From assembly GCA_013265495.1 (NCBI GenBank), contig MU058365.1, forward strand, positions 124,001 to 188,000: a DNA stretch of 64,000 nucleotides. The letters run 5' to 3'. This DNA comes from Vicugna vicugna (taxonomy: Eukaryota). Below the pieces are notes generated by a model that saw only the letters and a program-made list of their open reading frames with translations, did not search any database and was not told the origin of the DNA. Positions 12,218 through 23,622 of this stretch are shown here, one piece after another (position 1 is the first letter of the stretch; the number at the start of each line of letters is the position of its first letter). Both the position numbers and the translations under genes were made by a program.

Positions 12218-13896
12218 ATTTTTTTTCCTGTGTTCCTAATAACAGATAGTAGAGGTTTTAAGTGTGTTGTCTTTGAAGGTTTTGTATCTGCTTCAGTAGT
12301 GTGATTGAAGGTTTATTTAAGGACTTCAGTATTTTAATCGTGTAGTCGAAGGTATGTTATTGTGTATATGCTGGTCATATTTTTGAGTAACATTATTTCT
12401 GTAGTGTGTGATAGGTAAGGTAATACTCAGGTTACCTGTGGCTGTTTCTTTTTATTCTTTTCTCTGTGGCTACTGAAACACTTTTAATTACTTGTTCACT
12501 TTCTTTTATTTTGTAATTTTTCAGGGGGTCTTTACTGAGTTATTTCCGTTAACATGTTCTCTCTTCCTGGAATGGCCTGCTTTCTCTCATCAATTTTGAA
12601 AATGCATGCTCTTGTCTTGTGAAGCTGCCTGGTTTCCCGCTGAACCCTGAATGCACTTAAAACATTAGGTTCTGTAGGCATTGTGCATAAGGAAATTTTT
12701 TTTAAAGTCAGAAGAAAAAAAGGTGAATTTTTAGGTAGAAAAAAATGTTACATATAATGATGTCATCTTTTTATATATTTTTCATAAAGGAGGGTCCACA
12801 AAGGCAAAAGCATATAGGATCTTTCAAAGTCATAATGTGATCCTTAACCCTTTTATTAGTGGTCATTACTCTTATAGTTGTGGCAGATCTATTTCCCCTA
12901 CAGATTGTGATCTTATTTATTGCAGGCAGAATCTATCTCTGCATTGTTACTCTTAGTATCTCCAGTGCCTAGGCTAGTTGGTGGCATCTAAAAAGTTTAA
13001 GTGACTGTACATTACTACATACGTATGAGTAATGACTTGAGAACCAGTTTTTGTTGTTTTTGTTTCATCATTAGCAGCACTCAAAGAAACTCAAGGATAC
13101 TTTGTGAATGGTAAAAGTACTGGAGTAGGCAACGTGGTCATCAGTAAGAGTTCCCTCAGCATAGTAAAAAAAAAAAAAGCCTATGAATATCTGTGAAATC
13201 ATGTCTATGGGGGACACAAATAATCCTTAGAGGATTCAGAGCTCTGGCCAGCCTGGCATTCATGGATACCATGAAAACAGCAAATCTCCTGAAATGAAAT
13301 TAGGAGGGTAGTTCAATAATGAAATCATATTGTATAACTGAGATGAGATGGGCTGGATCACACTTTGTGGATGAGAGTATCTAGCAAATGTCTAAGTAGA
13401 GAGACTGGTTTATACTGCAGAGCCCTGAGGGTGGGAAATGCAGAGCCAGGGCCGGCTGGTGTTTGTCAGAGGTGAATGAGTTTGGCTCTGCAACCCAGGG
13501 TGTTTGTGTAGTGTCTGTAGAGTTGCTCGTGCTTTCCTGGTAAGACATTTAGATTTAGTTGTATCAGCGCTATGGACTTCTTGACAGTCACACCTACTCT
13601 ATGAATTTATATAACAAAAGTCAGCTTTTAAAAGTTACTGCCGTCTTCGTTATATTTTTCAACATCAACCTTTCCTTGGCCCCCCATGAGGCTAAGGTAT
13701 GGGTGGAAGTTCATAGATAAGGTGAGACTCACAGACTGAGGGGCATGTCTGTTGGGACAGGACGTCTTAGTTGGCAGGGTCCATAATCTCAGAGGTGGGT
13801 GTGCCAGTGCCGCCCCTCCCCAGATATGTGGGAACTGTTATGATACTTACTGTATTGAGGGAAGGGCTAGGCCTCTCTGCCTTGGCTTATTTGGGG

Positions 13897-14848
13897 TGCT
13901 AACTAAAAACTGGCACTTGCCACCTGCCTCTACAAGGATTGGATCATGTTGGCACTTGCCCTCTAACTCTGCTTGGATTAAATCACGAGCTGCTGCAACC
14001 GCTGACCTCCAACACTCCCTGGAAGGAGTTCAGGATGGAGATCAGGAATGAGGTAATCTGAGCGTGCAGATGGCGTCACCTGGAGCGTGAGCAGCCGCAC
14101 GAGGATATCCGAGACAATGGCCAAGAACAAAGAGGGCAGAAGTCCAGGAATGTATTCCACATAGCCAGCCAAAAAAGCTTTAAGGTTAAAAAAAAAAAAG
14201 CAAAACCAGTTACCACTAATCTTAAGAAGGTAAAAATTGTGAATGATGAAAAAGTGAACAGAGTGAATAAACCCTTTATAGATATACAAAAGGAACTTGC
14301 ACATTTCTCAAATGGCCTTTCCCTTGAACCTCTGCAGAAACAGCTGATTCCTGAGCAATGTCATGAAGACAAACCAGTTAATGTTGTTGAAGCTACAAGA
14401 TTAATGGCTCAGCTGTAATACGCCAGTGATGCAGTAAATTCCCCAAATAGACCAATAAATTAAATGTTTTATACAATTAAAAAAAAAAGGAATGAGGTAC
14501 TCAGTGCTCTGGGGAAACTGGCTGAACAGGCCTCTAGATAGTTAGATATTTTCAGGAGAAGATTTTATGACCTCCAATTCTTGCGTCTCCTTTTATCTAG
14601 ACAAGCACTAAAATCATTAACTGTGACACCTGCTCCTTGTGACTAGCAGCGAGCCTCTGCCTATAAGTGTGCTTGACTGCATGTCCCCCTTTTACTGAAA
14701 TCAAATATAATACTGAGTTTCCCCTGCCTCTTTGGAACAGTTTCTCAGAACTTTCTGGGATGCTGTCTCCTAGGATATAGTCCTCATTTTGCCTCAAATA
14801 AAACTTAACCCACCACTCTTACATTGTGTGATTTTATTTCAGCCAACA
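13897..14848 (+). mobile_element. ERV1-class solo LTR, interrupted by the RBIS retrocopy
   Basis: TGCTAACTAAAA...TTTCAGCCAACA termini, 4-bp TSD GGGG, AATAAA near the 3' end. Confidence 0.7.
14056..14488 (+). pseudogene. RBIS: Processed pseudogene of RBIS (C8orf59, ribosomal biogenesis factor)
   Basis: ATG 14117 to TAA 14418 translates to MAKN.. /RGQKSRNVFHIASQKSFKV..AKPVTTNLKK..EATRLMAQL with an early frameshift; AATAAA 14454, poly(A), 12-bp TSD AGGAATGAGGTA (14044-14055, 14488-14499). Confidence 0.9.
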
Positions 14849-16414
14849 GGGGTCTTTGAGTTAGTTGATCACTGAGTTGTTTTATTCTATGTGTTTGAAT
14901 ATATGTATGTATGTGTATGAATATATATTGACTATGATTATTGCTGATAATTATCATTGTTCTTAAAGGAACAAGCACAGATATCTAAAATATGATAAAA
15001 TCAAAATTTGAACATAAGTCTGTCTGATTCTAAAGCCTGTGTTCAAAACTAAATATTGTGCCAGATACTTCTTGTGATGGCTCCACCAGGGTTTGGTCTC
15101 CTTTTCATGAAGAAAAAAAACAGTCTAAAAAAGTTATTAGACTTTCAAGAACAATTATTACTTTCATTAACAAATTCTTGAAAGTCCGTAACCTGTATCT
15201 CACAACCAGGAACACTGATATCATTTCAATGCATTTGCTTCCAGTAACTTTCCTTAAGGATACACTTTTTCACAAAATTGCACTCATGGTATACATATCA
15301 TTTCATACCCTTTTTTCCTCTTAACTTTATATGATGAAAATGTTTTTCATGTTGTTAATTGTTGTTATATTACTATTATGTTTGCTTAATACTCCATTTC
15401 TCTATTGCTTTGATTCTACGGGTTTTGGGTGATTTTTTTTTTTTTGTAATTCTGTGATGAACACCCTTGTGCATAGGGCATTGTCTTCCTGTAGAATTAC
15501 TTGCAATAGGTTAGTAAATGAAATTTCTAGCTCAAAATGTATAACCTTACGTGGCACTAAATGTACATAATTAGGGTTAAATTTTTAAAAATATTGTAAG
15601 TATTATTTCAATCATGTCACAGAATATGTAGGGGATAATACATTAGTAAATATTTCGGTATTGACACTAACATAATTATGTTATGTTGCATTTTGATCTA
15701 TTTCCTTTAAGTGTCTTAAACTTTGCACTTTTAGAAATAGTTTTAATCATAGTACATATTTCGTTTATATGCTTTTTTTTTGCACGCATTGTTATGCAGT
15801 TTAGGTTCTCCTCTCATTCTTAACAAACTTGGAGTTCTTTTTATAATTAACTGTGAACCCTGAAATTAGAGAGATCTGAATTTTGAAAAATGAAAGGAAT
15901 CAGGGAAAAGTAACTTTTAAAGTTTAAAAATACCGTATGTCACCTCTCCTCCCTCAAATAATCTGAGGCATTTCTTAAGATGACTAAAATATTAAAATAA
16001 CAGAAAAATACTGGAAGTTACCCTAAGAAATCATTAATTCACAAAGATATACCTACAAGGCTGTTCACTGCAGTTAAATAGAAAATAACAATAAACTGGA
16101 AGCATAGAATATTGATCATATAAGTTATCTATGGCAATATATAACAAAATGAATGTAAAGTGTTACAAAACATCATGTGAAGTATAATTCTATTTAAGAA
16201 TATATATGTGTAAAGAACTGGAGTTATCATACATAATATTAAAGTGTTAACAGTGGTGATTTTGTAGTGGGATTGTGGTTAATTTTAATTTTGGAAAAAA
16301 ACCACTTTTCTGTGTTCTCCTAATTATCTACAAGGGAAATTTATCACTTGTAGTAATTTAAAATATCCTCAAAAAAGACAAAGCCATGTGAACTAAGGAG
16401 GAAATAACTACCAA

Positions 16415-17340
16415 AGGTTTGCCAAATATGCCACCCCAAAATGTGCCACTTTTGATGCAGGAAAACAGATGTGGGGCATGAGGAGGGCATGTCCCAGGTC
16501 TCGGTTGAGCCCCTGGGACATGCCCCGCCAAGTGTGGGTCGTTGGCTTCGTGCAGGAAAGAATTCAAGTGCAAGCCACAGTTGAGTAAAGGTAGATTTAT
16601 TTAGAGAGATATATACTGCATAGAGTGTAAGGCAAGAGAAAAGCAAAGAAAGGTGTGGGAATTGGGTGCTTAGGTTAAAGTAGAAATAGGTACACACTCC
16701 ACAGAGTGCAGGCCTTCTCCAAAGAGCACGGAGTGAAAAAGGATGGTCTTAGTAGCTTCTAGGCCTACAGGTGGGACCATTCCAACTGCCCTGGGGAAGG
16801 GGCTGAGATTACTAGGAACTGGGCCATCACCCATTCTTTGGCCTTTTGCGGTTAGCCTTGGAGCTGTCATGGCACCTGCAGGCATGTTATTTATCACGCT
16901 GTTACAACAGGCATATTATGAAGCTCAAGGTCTACTAGAAGTCAAACCTCTTAATCCTTAAGACCAACTAGGAGGTGAATCTTTCACCATTTTGGTGTTA
17001 AATTGCTGTCATTCCTTGAGTGTCTGTGCCCTGCCCCCTTCCATCCTGTCTCACTTTGGCATAAGGGTTATTTTGAGCTAAAAGCACTTGAAAAACGACA
17101 TAGGTAAGAAGAGCGATCTGACCTCCCTTTCTCTTCCTGAAAGCAGGAGATAAAGCTCCCAAGTGAAATATGTCTTTCCTAACCCAGTGGAAAGAAACAT
17201 TGCCAGAGAAAGGGAGACAAAACCTGGATATTTCTGTGCAAACAGGTCTTGTCCAAATGAGTATCTTCTTTTAGCCTCCCCATATATATTAGTCACTCTT
17301 CCACAATTGTCTCTTTGTTCGACCTAATATAAAAACATCC
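16415..17340 (+). mobile_element. Older MER34-like LTR, split by a nested LTR
   Basis: AATATGCCACCCCAAAATGTGCCACTTT / GGCATAAGGGTTATTTTGAGCT is continuous once the insert is removed. Confidence 0.55.
16453..17053 (-). mobile_element. ERV1-class solo LTR (601 bp)
   Basis: TG...CA termini with 4-bp TSD CTTT (16449-16452, 17054-17057). Confidence 0.8.
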
Positions 17341-17557
17341 CAGAGCGATTCAGACCTGAATAACTGTGTTGTGCAGCCCAACCCCCCCCCCCCCCCCCCC
17401 CCCCCGATTTAGCCTCCTATATTAGTCACTCTTCCACAATTGTCTCTTTGTTCGACCTAATATAAAAACATCCCAGAGCGATTCAGACCTGAATAACTGT
17501 GTTGTGCAGCCCAACCCCCCCTCACCCCCCCCCCCCCCACAGCCCCCACCCCCAAGC

Positions 17558-18040
17558 NNNNNNNNNNNNNNNNNNNNNNNNNNNNNNNNNNNNNNNNNNN
17601 NNNNNNNNNNNNNNNNNNNNNNNNNNNNNNNNNNNNNNNNNNNNNNNNNNNNNNNNNNNNNNNNNNNNNNNNNNNNNNNNNNNNNNNNNNNNNNNNNNNN
17701 NNNNNNNNNNNNNNNNNNNNNNNNNNNNNNNNNNNNNNNNNNNNNNNNNNNNNNNNNNNNNNNNNNNNNNNNNNNNNNNNNNNNNNNNNNNNNNNNNNNN
17801 NNNNNNNNNNNNNNNNNNNNNNNNNNNNNNNNNNNNNNNNNNNNNNNNNNNNNNNNNNNNNNNNNNNNNNNNNNNNNNNNNNNNNNNNNNNNNNNNNNNN
17901 NNNNNNNNNNNNNNNNNNNNNNNNNNNNNNNNNNNNNNNNNNNNNNNNNNNNNNNNNNNNNNNNNNNNNNNNNNNNNNNNNNNNNNNNNNNNNNNNNNNN
18001 NNNNNNNNNNNNNNNNNNNNNNNNNNNNNNNNNNNNNNNN
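17558..18040. other. Assembly gap (N)
   Basis: Run of N. Confidence 1.
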
Positions 18041-18140
18041 TACAAAAACGTTTTTTGTAATCTGTTCGTTCATTTTCAAAGCTGACAATGTAGCATTTCC
18101 TGTTTGCTGACTTCTCTCCTGTCCTTAGACTTAAACCTCT

Positions 18141-18280
18141 TGGGGGTCCAGAAGGGATAGGTCAGTGGTAGAGCTTGTGCTTAGCATGCGCAAGATCCTG
18201 GGTTCAATCCCCACTGTCTCCATTCAAATAAATAAAAAGCGAAGTATCTCCCTCTTCCCCAAAATACAGCATGAAGAAAT
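18141..18280 (+). mobile_element. vic-1-like SINE in the U1 copy 4 unit
   Basis: CAGTGGTAGAGC...GCTTAGCATGCGCAAGATCCTGGGTTCAATCCCC, AATAAATAAA tail. Confidence 0.75.
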
Positions 18281-18525
18281 GTTAAATGGATAGACGTCTC
18301 AGGCCTGCCTGCCTCCTCCTATAAGGGCCCTGTGATCACAGTAGGTGCACCTGGATGTTTCAGACCTTTACCCACCTCCATCTCAAAGCCTTAATCACGT
18401 AGTCTTGCTACAGTGAGGTAACATACACAGGTTCCGGGGATTAGGACGCAGACATTTTTCGTGGGTGAGTATTCAGCCTACCACATCAACAAAAGCCGGA
18501 GATGTGTTTGTCGGGCGCTGTGGAA

Positions 18526-18728
18526 TGACGTCACTGAAAGATACTTGGAGTATGTAAATGACCGCAGTGTCTGCTGGTCTTGTTCACACTGTGCAGATAC
18601 TAGTTATTTTCTGCAGTGTCCAGATCTACAAAAATCTGATTGTCCGTCTTTTACAGTTTGTAGAAGTGTTTGTTTCGTCAGTGACGGTCTGGAGCGCGCG
18701 TGCAGTGCATGACCGTATGTTTGAAGTG
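18526..18728 (+). promoter_or_regulatory. Promoter of U1 copy 4
   Basis: TGACGTCA 18526-18533, ATGTAAAT 18552-18559, PSE 18710-18728. Confidence 0.85.
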
Positions 18729-18770
18729 TTTGGAATGTGAGGGTGAGGTTGGAGGCAGCGTTGTGAGCTC

Positions 18771-18934
18771 ATACTTACCTGGCAGGGGAGATACCATGAT
18801 CACGAAGGTGGTTTTCCCAGGGCGAGGCTTATCCATTGCACTCCGGATGTGCTGACCCCTGCGATTTCCCCAAATGTGGGAAACTCGACTGCATAATTTG
18901 TGGTAGTGGGGGACTGCGTTCGCGCTTTCCCCTG
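18771..18934 (+). ncRNA. RNU1: U1 snRNA copy 4 (canonical, 164 nt)
   Basis: Matches the human U1 sequence as recalled; 3' box GTTTTGATAAAAGTAGA ~18943-18959. Confidence 0.98.
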
Positions 18935-18942
18935 TTAATTTT

Positions 18943-20029
18943 GTTTTGATAAAAGTAGATGTTGAGGTCTTGTCAGAGGTATAACTAATGTAAATCTTCT
19001 ATTTTTTTTTTTTTTAGTCTTAGGAGCTAATGTTGTGCATACGTTTGACCTTAATCTGTGCTTGTCTCCTGTTAGACCGTTTTTTTGGCAGCGTTATGAG
19101 ATAAGTAAGCAACAATAGGTTTTTACTTTGTTTTTAGTGCTCTGTTTTGTGAAGTCGTTTGTCTGTGATGCGTTGTGTCATGTGATTTGGGCTAGAAAAG
19201 TTTTTTGTTTACCTGGGTATATTGGTTAGTGAATATTTATTCCAGTTGTAGAATGCGGTGTTAGAGGGAAAAGGGGTCAAAATTATAGTAGTGAAATGTG
19301 CTTGTAGCTGAAACTTAGCGAACTACAAGTTTAAGTAGTTGCAGGAGCTAGCTTGTTCAAAAACAAAAACAAAAAACGTTAGTTATGTTCAGAAACTTGG
19401 GGAGCATTTTAAGGCCCAGTACTCCCCAGATAGTAATTAAAAAAAAAAAAANNNNNNNNNNNNNNNNNNNNNNNNNNNNNNNNNNNNNNNNNNNNNNNNN
19501 NNNNNNNNNNNNNNNNNNGTTTTGATAATAGGAGATGTTGAGGTCTTTTTTGTGGTATAACTTGTGTAAATCTTCTATTTTTTTTTTTTTTTAGTCTTAG
19601 GAGCTAAATGTTGTGCATACGTTTGACCTTAATCTGTGCTTGTCTCTTGTTAGACCGTTTTTTTGGCAGCGTTATGAGATAAGCAAGCAACAATAGGTTT
19701 TTACTTTGTTTTTAGTGTTCTGTTTTGTGAAGTCGTTTGTCTGTGATGCGTTGTGTCATGTGATTTGGGCTAGAAAAGTTTTTTGTTTACATGGGTATAT
19801 TGGTTAGTGAATATTTATTCCAGTTGTAGAATGCGGTGTTAGAGGGAAAAGGGGTCAAAATTATAGTAGTGAAATGTGCTTGTAGCTGAAACTTAGCGAA
19901 CTACAAGTTTAAGTAGTTGCAGGAGCTAGCTTGTTCAAAAACAAAAACAAAAAACGTTAGTTATGTTCAGAAACTTGGGGAGCATTTTAAGGCCCAGTAC
20001 TCCCCAGATAGTAATTAAAAAAAAAAAAA
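18943..20029. repeat. Tandem ~510-bp duplication of the U1 copy 4 3' flank across an N gap (19452-19518)
   Basis: 18943-19451 is nearly identical to 19519-20029. Confidence 0.9.
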
Positions 20030-20469
20030 TAACATGCGATGGTGACTGGAAAAGAAAAAGAATGTAAGATTAGAAATACTCACGAATATCAGAAATTACA
20101 CTCATATTTATAGCGGCATTATTAACAGTACCCAAAGATGGGATCAACCTGTGTCCATTAATGGCATGAATGGCTAAACAAAATGACGTGTATATACACA
20201 ATGGAAAATTATTCAGCCTTAAAAATGAAGAAATTCTGACATATGGTACAGTACGGGTGAACTTTGAGGACGTAGTGAAATACGCAAGTCACAGAAGACC
20301 AAGAAGTTAAAACACAAGTTATTAGCACTTTCCACACTTTATCAGTGGATAAATTAAGAAAGTGTTACTCACACATTACTATATATAAAATAAACAACAA
20401 GGACTTACTTTATATCACAGGGAACTATATTCAATTTCTTGTAACAACATATAATGGAAAAGAATCTAA

Positions 20470-20600
20470 GGGGGAGGGTATAGCTCAAGTGGTAGAGCAC
20501 ATGCTTAGCATGCATAAAGTCCTGGGTTCAATCCCCAGTGCCTCCTCTAAGAATAAATAAATAATAAATAAACCTCATTACCTCCCTCCATCAAAAAAGT
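20470..20600 (+). mobile_element. vic-1-like SINE inserted in an L1 3' end
   Basis: GGGGAGGGTATAGCTCAAGTGGTAGAGC...GGGTTCAATCCCC; TSD AAAAGAATCT at 20458-20467 and 20604-20613. Confidence 0.9.
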
Positions 20601-21229
20601 TAAAAAAGAATCTGAAAGGATAAAATATGTATGTATGTATATGTATAATTGAATCACTTTGCTGTACACCTGAAACTAATATTGTAAGTCAACCACACTT
20701 CAATAACATTTTTTCTTAAATAAATAATTTTTTTAAAGTGTTAATTCTCAGAACCTAAATGCTTCTTGGCTGGTGAAGATCCACCGAATGTGATAGCCTT
20801 TCTGGTGTTTCTTTCACTTCACCGCATATCACATCCTCTCTGTCTCTCCATGGAACACGCAGTTATGACCCTGATATAGATCCTTGTTGAGTCATGCAGT
20901 TGGGGCTTCCTCTCTTATCCACTGACTGTGGAGCACCAGCATGGTGCCACTTGTCTGCCCTCTAGACCGAGTTTTGTGATGACAGTGATCCTGTTTTAGG
21001 TGTCTTACACAACACCTGTCATATTTGAGACACATGGTAGGGATACCACAGTCACTGGCGAGGTGTGGATGCCATATGTGGGAAGTTAAAATTTCTCTGT
21101 ATGGTTCTTACCATGCACAGTAACAACTACAGAGAGCTCCTTGGTGCCAGGCAGAATTCTAAGCGCTTTACACATTTTATCTGTCAGCAGCTCTGGTTAT
21201 TATTACCCTTATTTATAGATAAGGAAATT

Positions 21230-21872
21230 TGCAGCATCCCTGCAGCTCGGGATCTGAGGACGGGCGACGCAAGACTTAAGAAACAAAGAGACAAAGTAAA
21301 GAGCAAAGATGGGATCAGGGGACTCAAGATCTCGTGGATCTAGAGTGCCAAAAGCCTAGTCGACATCATATTTTTTAGGAGTATACAGCTTAGAAAAAAA
21401 TGCGATCAAAGAGGTGGGGCTTTAGATATTTCATATGATAGGCACTAAGTTCTGCTTGCTGGTTAACTGATTAATTTCAGGTCCATCCCTTCCAGGAACA
21501 ATCACCCTCCTTGGGGTATGCAAAATTTCTGAGTCTATCCTGTCATTGCCTCTGGGACATCTCAAGATAGCAGATACTTCCCCTGTGTTCAACAGCAAGC
21601 TTTCTTGCCAGAATGAAGTTCTGTTAATGAATGATGTGGCTTTCCAAGACTGTCCATTGTTTCAACCTAAGGAAATATCTGCCCTCCTTTGTGCCCTTAT
21701 GGTCAATGTCAGGATTGCTCACCACAAATTTCATCTACTGTGTAAAACATTAAAACAAAGCAAGCATGTGCATTTTAAGCAAGTAAGTGTGAATACAATA
21801 TTTTAAGCTCATGGAAATTTATGAGTGGCTTCTTTTCTAGCTGCTTGTTGTCCAGCAACTTGTTTCCCAGCA
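21230..21872 (-). mobile_element. ERVK/class II-like solo LTR inserted in a MIR
   Basis: TG...CA termini with 6-bp TSD GAAATT (21224-21229, 21873-21878); flanks rejoin as a MIR core; strand inferred. Confidence 0.7.
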
Positions 21873-22320
21873 GAAATTGAGGCCCACCAAGGTTAAATAA
21901 TTCCTCCGAGGTCACACAGTTAGGGAAGTGACGGAGTCAGGACCAGAATTTCAGAGTCTGAACTATGAACCCAACCCACATAACTGTCTACATTCCTACA
22001 TAAATGTGTTTGTATACTAAACTTTCATAGTTAATACTATTGTAATTATTTTAATGATACAACAAACATGTATATTTCTAATTTTACTTCCTGGTAGTCA
22101 TCACTTTTTCACTCTCAGAAATTGATGATAAATATACTGAGTTCTTCAGTTTCAACAGTAACATTGAGAATAAACTAATTTTGCAGAATTTCAGTAACTG
22201 TTCCCCTAATCCTGTTCGTTATAAATGAAAGTAGACAAGAAGTGAAAGAAATGTGAAAGAATCTAAATTGCTTCCTTGCATTTCTGATTCAGTGAGAATA
22301 AGTATGTTGCTTTCTTTTGA

Positions 22321-22494
<174 letters not shown>

Positions 22495-23622
22495 TGATTC
22501 ACATCACTGGATACCATTGGAAGGAAAATCAGGTACATTATAAAACTGAGTTCTTAGGGAAATCGAAAGTGAAATTTAGAGCTGAGATGTTCTCTGCCAG
22601 TGAAGTCATACTGCTCAGTAGAGGTCTTAAATCACTGGAGGCTGTTGTGTCTTGTTTGTGCTGAGGAACCATCAGGTCTTCCAACTGTTAGGCTCCTAAA
22701 GGCTTCTCCTCAGGCCCCAGCCACCCACCTTGAATTCTGCCTGATTCCCTTTTCTCCTTCAAATCTGTTGCATCCACTGAGTCTTCCAAGGCCTGTGGTG
22801 GAGTGAGAAAGCCCGTCTTCACAGCTCTCCTCTTCCCTGCTCCTTAGAGGCACTTGGTGCTTTTGTTTTCAGGGTTTTTTTTTGTTTGTTTAACTTTTTT
22901 TTTGCTGTAGACTAGAGGCATCTCAGCCTGCAGGGCAGACAGAAATAACAGACATAGCTCAGACAATCTTCAACAGAACAGACACACACAAAAAATACAC
23001 AACAACTGATGGTATTAACCCCTGATCTAGAGATCCAGACTTGCTTTTTCCAGAGTAACCAGAAGTCCTGTTAGATTCCCCCTCTTCCTTCCTAGTATAG
23101 AAGGGAAGGCTTATTAAGCTTCTCTCAGCTGGGTTGGAACAGTCAGGGTGACCTGATTTCTCGTCAGTGTTTCTCCATTTGCCTCAACATATTCTTGAGG
23201 ACTTCTGGAAAGGTAACATCAGTTCCTGTAGGATCCAACCACTCCACAAAATACTTCCCTCAAGAAATTCTCAAATGTTGCCGTGTACCACCCCTGGAAT
23301 CTATAGATGAAGCAGCTGATGGTGAACTCACTAATTTATTTGAAAGGTCTTGTTTTTTCCCCCCTCAAAATTTTGCAGTTTATTCCTTAACACATCTTCA
23401 TGTATTTTAGTATAAAAATTGATATTCAATAGAGGTATGCTGTGATTTCTAGTGTCTGTCTATCAAGTATGAAAAGCAGAAATTTAGAATGTTTATTTTC
23501 TCTTAACATCTCCTGAACATTCTACATCTTCAGATTCTTTTTTTGACTCTTTTTTTTTTCAGGCAGAGTTAGTATATAATATTATATAAGTTTCAGGTGT
23601 ACAACATAGTGACTCACAAGTT

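Noticed and set aside
17422..18110. Long ORFs of 188-305 aa here and at 39742-40714
   Set aside because: Artefacts of translating N gaps
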